DNA from: an uncultured Bacteroidaceae bacterium
GTDB lineage: Bacteria; Bacteroidota; Bacteroidia; Bacteroidales; SM23-62
Assembly (NCBI GenBank): GCA_964420035.1
Contig: CAYQQR010000009.1
Coordinates: 32,055 to 96,054 of the forward strand
Direction: 5' to 3'
DNA length: 64,000 nt
A program made the translations under genes and the position numbers. Below, piece after piece: positions 19,735-30,111 of this stretch (position 1 is its first letter; every line of letters starts with the position of its first letter). Under the pieces are notes generated by a model. It was not told where the DNA came from, did no database searches, and saw nothing but the letters and a program-made list of their open reading frames with translations.

Positions 19735-21059
19735 TCGATATAGCGTTTCACATCAAATTTCCGCTTGCAACCCTTATAACTCATATAACGGATCTTGCCG
19801 AAGACGGGCCGCTTGCTCCATGCCCGGTCATGAACGCCTCCGATCGACCATGCACATCCAACGTAACCGTTGGGATCCCTTCCGTCGAGTTCATATTTGT
19901 CATTCAGATAAATGCTAAAGGACAGGGCATCCTCGGGTGTCGGGGTCCATTCCAGTATCTTCTTGGCCCAATACATACGCGTGTAGCCATGCATTTTACC
20001 GGTTTTTATCATTTGAAGCTGGGCCGCGTTCCACAAAGGGTCATGCGTTTTGCCCTCTTCGAATTCATGACGTTCATAAAGGTATTCCCGCTCATCTTTT
20101 CGATGCTCATTCAGGGAGTTTCGTGCCCAATCCGGGAATCCTTTGAAATTGTCATAATCAGGATTATAGAAACAGAAATTATCCGACAATTCCCGCCGGA
20201 TGATCAATTCCTCAAGGAAGGCATCGACCGCTTCCTGATCCTGCCCGCTTTTAATGACCTCAATGGTAATCCTTTGTGCTGAGATCTGGCCGAAATGGAG
20301 GTAAGGCGACAGATGGGATGCCGCATCCCGGTTGGGATCATTCCTCTGATCCCGGTATTTTGAAAGCCGGTTGTGAATGAAATCCTCCAGCTGTTTTTGC
20401 GCTGCGGCTTCACCCGGAATTAACCAATCCACTTCAGGGACCGATTCGTCCGCTTTGAGGCCGGAACGAACCTGATCCCAATCAACTTTCTCATTCTGAT
20501 TTGCACCGGAGCTACGGGAAGGAAGTTCCGGAAACGCATCCAGAAAATATTCCAGTTTGCGTTTTATCTTGGGCCGGATGGTGTAGGCTGCGAATTCTGT
20601 TTTGTCCGATGTTGTTCTGGCAGGGACGATGTTATGACTGTCCACTTCATAGAGGGGAATCTCTAAGTGATCCCCTATCTCTTTTTTCCAGGCCCTTTTG
20701 ATCTTTAAAGGATCAAAGTCACACACCAGGGCTGCACAATCAACAGAATTCAGAAAATCGGGCAATACTTCGCCAGGTTCACCCTGCAAAAGGAAAAAGG
20801 GGATATTGCGGTCCACGAGTTTTAATTCGACTTCCTGTAATCCCTGAAGCATGAACCCGTATTGCCGCATAGCAGCCCCCTGGAATTCAGGGACCAGGAT
20901 AAAGACCACACCCAGCTTCATTTGGTTTTCTTTGGCCAGTTGACTGGCAAAGACCAGGCTCCAGTTGTCCTGTACCCGCTGATCACGGCTCATCCAGTAA
21001 AGAATAATTTCACCTTTTAATCGGCCTTCTTTAAGTAGTCGTACACGTTCCGGTATCAT
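19722..21059 (-). CDS. phr: class II CPD deoxyribodipyrimidine photolyase
   Basis: 445 aa with a C-terminal FAD-binding block (MHGYTRMYWAKKILEW...ELDGRDPNGYVGCAWSIGGVHDRAW). Confidence 0.9.
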   Translation of the reverse strand: MIPERVRLLKEGRLKGEIILYWMSRDQRVQDNWSLVFASQLAKENQMKLGVVFILVPEFQGAAMRQYGFMLQGLQEVELKLVDRNIPFFLLQGEPGEVLPDFLNSVDCAALVCDFDPLKIKRAWKKEIGDHLEIPLYEVDSHNIVPARTTSDKTEFAAYTIRPKIKRKLEYFLDAFPELPSRSSGANQNEKVDWDQVRSGLKADESVPEVDWLIPGEAAAQKQLEDFIHNRLSKYRDQRNDPNRDAASHLSPYLHFGQISAQRITIEVIKSGQDQEAVDAFLEELIIRRELSDNFCFYNPDYDNFKGFPDWARNSLNEHRKDEREYLYERHEFEEGKTHDPLWNAAQLQMIKTGKMHGYTRMYWAKKILEWTPTPEDALSFSIYLNDKYELDGRDPNGYVGCAWSIGGVHDRAWSKRPVFGKIRYMSYKGCKRKFDVKRYIDQYL

Positions 21060-23269
21060 GAAATCTCCTTTTTGTCCCGGGCATTGACAAATGCCACTTC
21101 ACCCATATCCTCATATCCCAGAAAAATATCCTTACCCCTGTGTTTGATCTGATCGGTGTGAAAGCCAATCATCACCAGGCCGGCATCCCGGGAGTGCTGA
21201 AGGATCAATTGCCTGGGCGCCTTGTTTTCCCGGATAGGAATCAGTTGAATATTATGTTCGGCCACGGGTAAGCGGCCGTTCCGGATGGTTTCGAGCAGGG
21301 CTTCGCGGGTTTCTTTTTCCTTACCGGCCTGGCAGATCTCGATAATCTTGATTTCTCCGCTTTTCCAGTCCTTGTGACCGGATATGATATATCCTATCAG
21401 GATCATCAGGTTGGCATTGTATACATCGGTGCTTTTGATCCAAATGTGTATTCCTTGTTCGTAATTTATTTCACGATCGGAACTGCCCAGGATACATACA
21501 TCCAGATTGGCCGCGGTGGCCAGGGCAAAATTGTCGACGATCTGCTCCAGATTGGTGGCATTTGATTTATCGAATTCAAACACCACCATATTGTTTTCCA
21601 TTCCTGAGATGCCCGGAAGCTGGACAATCTGGGCAATTGCAGAGGTGTAGGAGGGAGAGATAAGGGTATCAACATATACATTACTCTCCCGGGAATGGGT
21701 AAGCTTGATCAGTTGATCCAGGGTTTGTGCGGCTTCCTCCTGCATTTTCCGGGAGTAATAGCCCTGGATGAGGTGAATATAGGTGGCAAAGCCATATTTT
21801 TCTGCCACCCAATCCAGAAAGCGTATGGCGTTTTGCCTTAAAAAACTGTCGCTTGAAACGGAAACGATGGAAGGACGCCAGCGGGAACTGATGTCGGCTC
21901 TCTTGGACTTCTGTATGTAGATGGATAAGTTCCTGTTTATCTGGAAGAGTGCATTTTCAAATATAATCTGAATACCCGCCCGCTCCTTGTGTTTATGAGC
22001 GATGTAAATATAGAGGAGGATCATCAATACGATTGCCAGGAAGGCGTAAAAAGGATTCATCAGGAACATCAGGAAAAAACACATGATAAAACCAGACAGG
22101 GAAAAATACCACCGGCTTCTGAAGGTGGGCCGGTATGCGGGATCGGATCCGAAATGGTAAAGAAAAGAGATCAGGCAAAGGGACCCGTAGGTCACCATAA
22201 AGAACATCGATATGATGCGGGCGACGGCATCGACACTGCCCAGGGCAACAAAAACAATGGCAATCAAAGAGGTTATAAGTGTGGCGTTAAATGGTTCGTT
22301 GGTCGGGCCTTTTCCTCTTGAAAGAAATCTGTTCATTCCTGCCGTCGGCAGCGAATTATCCCCAGCTAGTGCCTGCAATGTCCTTGGTGCTACCAGGATG
22401 GAACCTATGGCCGATGAAATGGTGGATGCAGCAAGTCCGACGGGAATAATGAACTTGCCCCCCAGGGCAATCTTTGCCATAATGAGTTGCTCGCCGCGCA
22501 GGTCTTCCGGACTGGCTGAAACAGCAAGCTTCCAGATAATGAATATGTAAGTGATCATTCCAATAAACGTGGCCAGTATTGTACCGAGGGGAATGGATTT
22601 ACCGGGATTTTTGAGATCCCCGGAAAGACCAACACCGGCAGTCATGCCCGTAAATCCCGGAAAGATGATGGCAAATACCAGGAAGAAATCCGATAAACGG
22701 TCGCGGGAAATGCTAAACAGGCTGGTTTCATGGGTAACTTGATAATCGGTTTTCCCCAGGAAAAATAAGGTCAGTGATATTACCAGGAGGGATACAACGA
22801 TATAGAGCATCTTGACACCCATGGATGCACCCCGGGTCAGGATGACGATGCCCAGGAGGAGCATGGCAGGCAGGGAGATCACCTGGCGGGGAAGCATGAT
22901 TCCTAAATATTCCCCGGCCCACTGAAAGACAAAACTGAAGGCTTCGGTAAAGGCAATAACATAAAAAGCGACACTGATGGCCTGGGAAAAGTACAGGGAG
23001 ATTCCAACGGTTGCACCTATGTTGAGCCCAAAGGAACGGGAAACAATGAAATACTCTCCACCGCCTTCCACTTTCTGATTGGTTGCAATCTCCGACAAGG
23101 CAAGTGCCGTGGGAATGGTAACCAGGTGACCCAGGAAAATGATCAGTAAAACGCCGACAAAACCGACCGTGCCGACAGCATAACCGAAACGCAGAAATAG
23201 GATGGCGCCAAGGATGGTTGAAATAGCGGTCAGAAAGACCGGTGCTGTTCCGAATGATTTCTTCGACAT
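21056..23269 (-). CDS. APC-superfamily transporter with SLC12 (cation-chloride cotransporter)-like C-terminal domain
   Basis: 737 aa: about 12 TM helices with an amino-acid-permease-like N-terminal half, plus a roughly 300-aa soluble C-terminal domain. Its stop overlaps the phr start (ATGA). Confidence 0.7.
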   Translation of the reverse strand: MSKKSFGTAPVFLTAISTILGAILFLRFGYAVGTVGFVGVLLIIFLGHLVTIPTALALSEIATNQKVEGGGEYFIVSRSFGLNIGATVGISLYFSQAISVAFYVIAFTEAFSFVFQWAGEYLGIMLPRQVISLPAMLLLGIVILTRGASMGVKMLYIVVSLLVISLTLFFLGKTDYQVTHETSLFSISRDRLSDFFLVFAIIFPGFTGMTAGVGLSGDLKNPGKSIPLGTILATFIGMITYIFIIWKLAVSASPEDLRGEQLIMAKIALGGKFIIPVGLAASTISSAIGSILVAPRTLQALAGDNSLPTAGMNRFLSRGKGPTNEPFNATLITSLIAIVFVALGSVDAVARIISMFFMVTYGSLCLISFLYHFGSDPAYRPTFRSRWYFSLSGFIMCFFLMFLMNPFYAFLAIVLMILLYIYIAHKHKERAGIQIIFENALFQINRNLSIYIQKSKRADISSRWRPSIVSVSSDSFLRQNAIRFLDWVAEKYGFATYIHLIQGYYSRKMQEEAAQTLDQLIKLTHSRESNVYVDTLISPSYTSAIAQIVQLPGISGMENNMVVFEFDKSNATNLEQIVDNFALATAANLDVCILGSSDREINYEQGIHIWIKSTDVYNANLMILIGYIISGHKDWKSGEIKIIEICQAGKEKETREALLETIRNGRLPVAEHNIQLIPIRENKAPRQLILQHSRDAGLVMIGFHTDQIKHRGKDIFLGYEDMGEVAFVNARDKKEIS

Positions 23270-23381
23270 GCTTACATTGATTACTGATAAAAATATATAA
23301 TATATCGCGGGAAATAACGGTCAGGAAAGAATATTTTATACAGATAATATTATTTTCGTGAATTCTTTAAAACCCCTTGCT

Positions 23382-24293
23382 ATGGCGTTCCTTACCAGAG
23401 AAAAATTGTTTTCCGCCCGGTGGTTCAGGACTTATTTATTGATCATGACCGGTTCTTTTATCCTGGCCTCAGGTTTCGTGTTTTTTATCACCCCGCATAA
23501 GATCGTCCCGGGCGGAGTGTATGGTATCAGTATTGTCATTCATTATGTGACCGAGGGATTATTCAGCTTTGCGCCCAAAGGTTTTCCCATAGGTTTAATG
23601 GGCCTGATTCTGAATGTTCCCCTGACGATAATGGGTATCCGGATTCTCGGTCCGCGCTTTGGCGTTAAAACCATTACCGGATTTATACTTACATCGGCCT
23701 TTATCGATCTTATTACCCTCTGGTGGGGAAACCGGCCTCTGGCTGAAGGCGATCCACTCCTGTCTTCCATTTTTGGAGGGGTCCTCATCGGTTTAGGACT
23801 GGGCCTGATCTTTAGAAGTAAAGCCACCAGCGGCGGCTCCGACATCATAGCCATGGTTATTTCCAAATATACCCGCGCACCCGTAGGTCAAACCCTCATT
23901 CTTGTCGATTCTATAATTGTGCTCATCGGGCTCATTGTTTTCAAAGACTGGAAGATCCCGCTTTATTCATGGCTGGTTATCTACATTAGCGGCAGAGTTA
24001 TTGATACCACCTTACAGGGAATTCATTATGACAAAGCCCTTTTTATTGTTTCCGATTATTATGAAACCATACGGGATAAGCTTATCAGGGACCTGGACCG
24101 GGGAGGAACCCTGATCAATGCCCAGGGCATGTGGGAAGGTAAGGAACGGAAGATCATCTTCACCAACGTGAACAGGAGGGAACTGGCCATATTGCAGGAA
24201 TTTATCCGTGAAGTGGATCAAAAGGCTTTCATGACCGTCATTGATGCCAGCGAGGTGATTGGTCTGGGATTCAAACCCCTGGAAGAGAAATAG
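23382..24293 (+). CDS. YitT-family membrane protein (DUF2179 C-terminal domain)
   Basis: Multiple TM helices, GGVYGIS and SGGSDI motifs, and a C-terminal DUF2179-like region. The track start at 23358 is GTG, so the first ATG is used. Confidence 0.8.
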   Translation: MAFLTREKLFSARWFRTYLLIMTGSFILASGFVFFITPHKIVPGGVYGISIVIHYVTEGLFSFAPKGFPIGLMGLILNVPLTIMGIRILGPRFGVKTITGFILTSAFIDLITLWWGNRPLAEGDPLLSSIFGGVLIGLGLGLIFRSKATSGGSDIIAMVISKYTRAPVGQTLILVDSIIVLIGLIVFKDWKIPLYSWLVIYISGRVIDTTLQGIHYDKALFIVSDYYETIRDKLIRDLDRGGTLINAQGMWEGKERKIIFTNVNRRELAILQEFIREVDQKAFMTVIDASEVIGLGFKPLEEK

Positions 24294-25292
24294 TTATTCT
24301 TCAATATCGGAAATATCGGGTCGCACCCACCGTTTTCTGCGCACATTTGTTTCTCCAAGTTTGATACCAACCATAAGCTCATGTGCACCGCCCGCGTAAT
24401 TACGTATTTCATTCAGGGAAGCATCATAGGCATAGCCGAAATAGAGAGCATCCACTGAGACCCCGGCCATGGTCACAAAGGTATTGTTCGTGCGGTAGGA
24501 AATGCCTAACCAGTAATCACGTTGGTAGAATAAGCGGGTATTGATATCCACCTGAACAGTATTGGCTGTAAATTTGGTCAGCATAGAAGGTTCCAGGACC
24601 AGGGATCCGGACAAGCTAAATTTATACCCTGCCGTCAGATTTATATGACGAAGGGTCTTGTAGTTTTCAAATTTTTCTTTGCCTAACTTCAGGTTCGAAC
24701 CGAAAACTTCCATAACGGATAATCCGGCATAAAACTTATTTGCATACAGGTAAACTCCGAAATTAGCATCCGGCACAAAGAACGCGTGCCGGTTGGACAT
24801 CAGCAATGGATCATTTTCCTGGTAAATTTCAGTATCCCCCGCATCCAGTTTATACTGATAGGCTGATCCTGAAATACCGAAAGATAACTGGGTAAGGTTA
24901 TTCAACCGGAGGTGATAGGCATAAGTGAGCTGCAGGCCGGTGCGGCTCACGATACCGTTCCGGTCGTTGTAGACCATACCACCCAGACCAACATTACCAC
25001 TCCTGCTTTTACGTTCCGGTTTTTTTTGAACTTTCCGCAGTTTAAAAATATAGCTGTCTTCCAGTATGCGGGTCTGGGCACTAAACATTATGGTGCGCGG
25101 TGCATTGATGAATCCAGGGTACTGCTGCCGGGCCGTCAGATTGAAGATAGTATATCCATTCTGTCCTGCATAAGCCGGATTTACAAGGAACTTATTCATC
25201 ATATACTGGCTGAACATGGGCATCTGCTGGCTCCATCCCATGCCATTTGCCAAAAGGAAAAAACTAAAGACGCAATACAATATTCTCTTCAT
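24294..25292 (-). CDS. PorP/SprF-family type IX secretion system membrane protein
   Basis: Signal peptide followed by the QQMPMFSQYMMNKFLVNPAYAG hallmark. The 332-aa beta-barrel size fits. Lies immediately downstream of a type-B CTD cargo gene. Confidence 0.9.
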   Translation of the reverse strand: MKRILYCVFSFFLLANGMGWSQQMPMFSQYMMNKFLVNPAYAGQNGYTIFNLTARQQYPGFINAPRTIMFSAQTRILEDSYIFKLRKVQKKPERKSRSGNVGLGGMVYNDRNGIVSRTGLQLTYAYHLRLNNLTQLSFGISGSAYQYKLDAGDTEIYQENDPLLMSNRHAFFVPDANFGVYLYANKFYAGLSVMEVFGSNLKLGKEKFENYKTLRHINLTAGYKFSLSGSLVLEPSMLTKFTANTVQVDINTRLFYQRDYWLGISYRTNNTFVTMAGVSVDALYFGYAYDASLNEIRNYAGGAHELMVGIKLGETNVRRKRWVRPDISDIEE

Positions 25293-25295
25293 GCC

Positions 25296-28200
25296 TTATC
25301 GTACAATAGTGATGTTACCAATGACAGGTGCTGTACCGTTATTAAGCTTTATGACATAATGGTATGAATCCATGGGCAGTTCCCTGCCATTGAAGGTTCC
25401 ATCCCATTCTTCATCATAACCTTTCGAATAGAAGACCCGTTTACCCCAACGGTCAAATACTTCCACCTCAGCATCAGGATAGGCCTCAATGCCTGTTATT
25501 ACCCAGGTATCATTGGCTTCGTCGCCGTTAGGTGTGATGATACCGGGAATGGTCAGACAAAACTCATTGTCATAACCCACGCTGATATCGAATTCCTCTT
25601 CACAGTTGTTATTATCTGTTACCAGCAAGTCGTAGGTTCCGGGCAACAGATCGTTCAGCGTACGGTCCGTTGATCCGGTTTGCCACAAATAGGAATAGGG
25701 TGGAACGCCTCCTTCGGCACTTACGCTGATGCTTCCATCCGCGATGTCGGGGCAGAAAGCATTCTCTGTTGACCGGTTTATGTTGATTGGGTCGGGCTGC
25801 TCAATCTCAACAGAAGCCACGGAACTGCAGTTGTTGGCATCGGTAACGGTAAGGGTGTAGGTTCCAGCCGTGAGGTTCAGGTTTTCGGGACCTTCGGTAC
25901 CGTCAGACCAGGAATAGCTGTAATTGCCTCCACCACCGGATGCACTTGCCATCGCACTGCCCGTAGCTTCGCCATAACATGACACGTCGGTATGGCTCAC
26001 CGTAAGCTGAGGTAGTTGATGAACAGTAACGTTTACCGGATCGGATAACGGACCGGAATGACCGTGGTCATCCAGAATGAGAACAGAATAGCTGCCGGAT
26101 TCACTGACGGTAATACTTTGCGTGGTGGCACCGGTTGACCATAAGTAATTTTCTCCTTCCGAGCTGGTCAGTACTACCTGCCCGCCGGCACAGAATTCAG
26201 TCGGACCATCTGCCTGAATAACCGGTTTTCCAAGGCTTTTTACGGTCACTTTCACTTCATCTGAAGGCACTGAGATACAGCCAAAGCTGTTCCGCACCTG
26301 CACCGAATAGGTGCCGGATGTTTTAACGGTAATGCTTTGGGTGGTTTGATCCCCGGGTGACCAGAGGTATTCATCAGCCGGGGAACCGGTGAGTTTGACG
26401 CTGTCTCCTTCGAAAAATTCCAGAGGACCGTCCGCAGTTATCGTAGGCTTATCCGGGGTCGGGTTCTCCGTGACCGTGAAGGGATCGGATGCAGGACTCT
26501 CACATCCTTCTGTATTGTATGCCTTCAGGGTGTAGCTTCCTGCAGTAACCTCTATAGTTTGGCTGGTTTCTCCGGTCGACCAGAGATATCCTGCTGCTGC
26601 CGGTCCCGTCAGGACTGCAAAATTTCCTTCACAATATTCTGTATCTCCTGTAATAACCGGTTTATCCGGGATGGGAGCCAGGCTGGTTACAACCGGGTCA
26701 GATGGTTCACTTATGCAGCCCGCTGCATTTAAAACCTGAACCGTGTAACTGCCGGACGTTAGTACGTGTATCTCCCGGCCGGTGGCCCCGTTGGACCAGA
26801 GGTACCCGTCCGCATCGGGCGCGGATAGCTTCACGCTGTCCCCGTCGCAGAAGGTGGTAGGTCCGGAGGCTGTTATATCGGGTTTAGCAGGCAGGGGATG
26901 TACGCTTACGTTGACTGCATCGGAAGGATCGCTGAAACAACCATATTCGTCTGAAACCCTTACCGTATAATTACCGCTTGTCTTTACCGTGATTGATGGA
27001 GTAGTTTCGCCGTTGGACCATAAGTAATCGACTCCAGGTGATGAACTGAGAACCACGCTATCTCCCTCGCAGAATTCCGTATCACCGCCTGCCGTAATGG
27101 TGGGTTTCGCCGGCTTGGGCATCACGGTGATCCTGACTGTATCAGTGTCAGTGGCACCGGAAGAAGTTTCTTCTACAATTACCGTATAGGTGGTGGTAAC
27201 CGACGGGTTAGCCTTTGGATTGGCTATGGATGGATCATCAAGGCTATCCACAGGGGTCCAGGAGTAGGTATAGGGTCCGCGTCCGATTACATTTACACCA
27301 AGTTGTGCATAAGATCCTGCACATTCTGAAATGGTATCCTTATCGGTGAATGCATTTACCTCAATGTCATCGTCTATGATGGTGTAGCGATGCAATGAAT
27401 CATTGCCAAGTATAACTTCTTCAGGATCAGGTGCATAAAGGCGAATTATAAAATACTCGTCGGGAACCTCAGCCAGGTCGTCATCCTGGATCAGGGGAAT
27501 GATCTCCGTTGTTTTCTGTCCTGCATTAAAATTGAGACTGCCCGGATTAAGATTATAATCTACATTACCACCCGTGGCGGTCCCTGATTTAACAGCGTAT
27601 TGAATGCTGACAGCCTGGGAGACAGCATAGTTCATCGAAACAGGAATGATGGGATTAGCTACCGTTTCCAATCCCGAAGATGAAGGGGCATCAAATTCAA
27701 TGATGGGCTTAACCTTACCAATAGTTATATGGTCGCCGTCATTGAGTATAACCCCGTTGGCAACGTATTCATTACCTACGGATACCAGTCCGTAGGCAGC
27801 AGCGCCGCTCGAAAAGTTGCCGTCACTGTCCACCCAAAGGTTCAGAGAGAGAAACCCCGGGTCCATCGAAGGTAGCAGGGAATCATTAATGCCGATGTTT
27901 ACAGCGCCAAGTCCATCCGGAGCCGTAATATCCACAATCCATTCCCGTGCCAGTCTGCGGACATTCGCGTCCCCGTTGGGAGCTTCGGAATCCGTCCAGG
28001 CATTGATGTCTCCGTTGTTATGTCCGAAGATAAGGAATTCATTGTCTTCGAGATCCGTTGCTCCGCCAATGGATAAGATTCCGGCTGATTGTGCCTTTGA
28101 GTGGAGATCGTTCTGGTTGATCCTGCCAATACCGGCTACGTCATAGCCATGGCTCAACTCATGGGCGTAGCGGTCGTCCCCGCCGATGTTCAGATCATAT

Positions 28201-29765
28201 TTGGCCGCCAGGTAGTTGTTGACAATAATTTTCTGGGTCTGGTTAAGATTGCGCGTGTAGACAATCGCTTCAGCAAGATCGGCATGAAGATATTTGTCCA
28301 TATCTTTCGAACTACCCAGGCTAAACGATCCGTCGGTGGTAACAGCAGAACCGTAGTCGCTGACGGTCTGACCGGATGCATTTATGTCCAGTTCATGATA
28401 GCTTGAACTGGTGTTGTGCGTTGCATGAATTATGGCGGCCGTTCCGTTGCTGATCACCGGTCCGTAAAACTTGCTCTCCAGTGTATAGCTGTAGTACCGG
28501 TTATCACTTTCTCTGCTGAAAGAAACCGTATTGTTGTTATTCAGGTTTCCAAGGCTAAGCAGGGTTTGATCCTGGGAGGCATTAAAGGAAGTTACGGAAA
28601 TAAATTCCAGTGGTGCGGATAAATTACCCAGTTCCCGGAAATAATGATCATCATTACCGTCGAAACGAATAACGGGCAATCCATTAACGCTGTTTTCAAA
28701 TAAGCTGGGTTGATTGGCTGCGCTTGACTGGACCAGGTGGGAATCGTTACCGCTATGATCCTGCCATGTCTTTACGGGTGTATTGTTTAAAGCAGGATTA
28801 TCGCTATTATCCAGTGCGCCTGCATCGGCTTTAAACCATAATTCGTTTGAAAGGGCATTGCCTACACCTCCCGGTCCGGTATATCCTTCTATGGCCGCAG
28901 CAGGATCGGTTGCACAGATACCGAATGTTCCGCTCTTTGCCTGGTCGCCGAAAACCCGAATATAGATGGTTTCGCCCGGTGTGCCGGAATAAAAGAGCGT
29001 GGGCATGCCTCCTCCTGCATCGTCACAATCCACTTCCTGGATAAAATTGTTGCAGTCAGTTGCCCTGTATAGTACAACCACTGCCCAGGTCAGGGTTCCG
29101 GGGTAGGATGCTATTTTTAGTTCTCCGGAGGCGGGGACCACTGCACTGAACCAGACATCACCTCCAAAAAACTTATGGCAGGACGGATTGCCCAGTCCGC
29201 GCGTATCCCAGGAGCCTTTATTGTTGTATACTCCCGGTGAGCAGACGTTGCCAACCGGAAGGTCGATTGCATTGCATGGATCATTGTTCGGAGGGGGAGG
29301 GTTGGCGCTGATCTCCGACCACCAGCCGTTCTCAGTCAGGGAAGCTTCGTTTGAATGAAAGCCAAAGGTGATACAGCCGTCGGGTGAAGTAAAACTGAAT
29401 TGCGGGGTATCGTCATTATATGCCACATAACTCGCCCCGGGATAATTGATGCTCATGTAATCATAGAGGAGGTATTCTGTGCTTCCTTGCGGTGGAGGAA
29501 AGGTGCCGCGGTAATCGGTGGCAAAACTGTCAAATTCAACCGTAATTGGATTTCCGTTTTCAGAGCAGAAAGTAACGGTCCAATCCTCACCTGCACTGTA
29601 ATTGTCCCATCCACCGGCGTCATAAAAATGACCGGTATTGGTAATCACCGTTTCCCCGTCAGAGAAAGGGTTGTTCAGCCAATAATCATCTGAGCCTGAT
29701 TGCCCGGATGTTCCGGTAGTTAAAATAAGGGTTGAAATTAAAACAACCAGTAAACACCGGATCAT
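25296..29765 (-). CDS. giant T9SS cargo/adhesin with type-B (gliding-motility-associated) C-terminal domain
   Basis: Signal peptide from ATG 29765 (MIRCLLVVLISTLILTTG). Contains a CUB-like N-terminal module, a LamG-like region, a Calx-beta-like segment, five Ig-like repeats and two SprB-type repeats (CYGEATGS.., CPDIADGS..). The terminal ITPNGDEANDTWVI...FDRWGKRVF block marks a type-B CTD. Confidence 0.9.
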   Translation of the reverse strand: MIRCLLVVLISTLILTTGTSGQSGSDDYWLNNPFSDGETVITNTGHFYDAGGWDNYSAGEDWTVTFCSENGNPITVEFDSFATDYRGTFPPPQGSTEYLLYDYMSINYPGASYVAYNDDTPQFSFTSPDGCITFGFHSNEASLTENGWWSEISANPPPPNNDPCNAIDLPVGNVCSPGVYNNKGSWDTRGLGNPSCHKFFGGDVWFSAVVPASGELKIASYPGTLTWAVVVLYRATDCNNFIQEVDCDDAGGGMPTLFYSGTPGETIYIRVFGDQAKSGTFGICATDPAAAIEGYTGPGGVGNALSNELWFKADAGALDNSDNPALNNTPVKTWQDHSGNDSHLVQSSAANQPSLFENSVNGLPVIRFDGNDDHYFRELGNLSAPLEFISVTSFNASQDQTLLSLGNLNNNNTVSFSRESDNRYYSYTLESKFYGPVISNGTAAIIHATHNTSSSYHELDINASGQTVSDYGSAVTTDGSFSLGSSKDMDKYLHADLAEAIVYTRNLNQTQKIIVNNYLAAKYDLNIGGDDRYAHELSHGYDVAGIGRINQNDLHSKAQSAGILSIGGATDLEDNEFLIFGHNNGDINAWTDSEAPNGDANVRRLAREWIVDITAPDGLGAVNIGINDSLLPSMDPGFLSLNLWVDSDGNFSSGAAAYGLVSVGNEYVANGVILNDGDHITIGKVKPIIEFDAPSSSGLETVANPIIPVSMNYAVSQAVSIQYAVKSGTATGGNVDYNLNPGSLNFNAGQKTTEIIPLIQDDDLAEVPDEYFIIRLYAPDPEEVILGNDSLHRYTIIDDDIEVNAFTDKDTISECAGSYAQLGVNVIGRGPYTYSWTPVDSLDDPSIANPKANPSVTTTYTVIVEETSSGATDTDTVRITVMPKPAKPTITAGGDTEFCEGDSVVLSSSPGVDYLWSNGETTPSITVKTSGNYTVRVSDEYGCFSDPSDAVNVSVHPLPAKPDITASGPTTFCDGDSVKLSAPDADGYLWSNGATGREIHVLTSGSYTVQVLNAAGCISEPSDPVVTSLAPIPDKPVITGDTEYCEGNFAVLTGPAAAGYLWSTGETSQTIEVTAGSYTLKAYNTEGCESPASDPFTVTENPTPDKPTITADGPLEFFEGDSVKLTGSPADEYLWSPGDQTTQSITVKTSGTYSVQVRNSFGCISVPSDEVKVTVKSLGKPVIQADGPTEFCAGGQVVLTSSEGENYLWSTGATTQSITVSESGSYSVLILDDHGHSGPLSDPVNVTVHQLPQLTVSHTDVSCYGEATGSAMASASGGGGNYSYSWSDGTEGPENLNLTAGTYTLTVTDANNCSSVASVEIEQPDPININRSTENAFCPDIADGSISVSAEGGVPPYSYLWQTGSTDRTLNDLLPGTYDLLVTDNNNCEEEFDISVGYDNEFCLTIPGIITPNGDEANDTWVITGIEAYPDAEVEVFDRWGKRVFYSKGYDEEWDGTFNGRELPMDSYHYVIKLNNGTAPVIGNITIVR
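26019..27113 (-). repeat. five tandem divergent ~71-75-codon Ig-like repeats inside the adhesin gene
   Basis: Each unit follows P(A/D)KP.I.A.G...FC.GDSV.L......YLWS.G.T...I.V..SG.Y.V.......C.S..SD.V.V.V. Confidence 0.85.
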
Positions 29766-30111
29766 ATGAAGAGGAGAACCGGATGAAGAGTGCTTTGACT
29801 CAAACAGGATATGATACAAAGGATCGTCCATAGACAGACCGGTTGAAATTCAAAATTAATAACAATAGCTCATTTAGATGTTCCGAAGTGGATAAAAACA
29901 GCATGGTAAAAATCAATATTCCATTAATAAACTCTGCTATCGGAGGAAGAGTTTAAATCGAATGATTAATTTATAAAGGAAGACGGGAAAAAAATGGAAA
30001 ATGTTGCTTTAGCGAAACAAAACAATCTCTCCGTACATGAGCAGAATATTATAACATGCGTTCATCGTTATCTTAAAATCATTATTTTTGAACTAATCCA
30101 GAGTATTCAGC

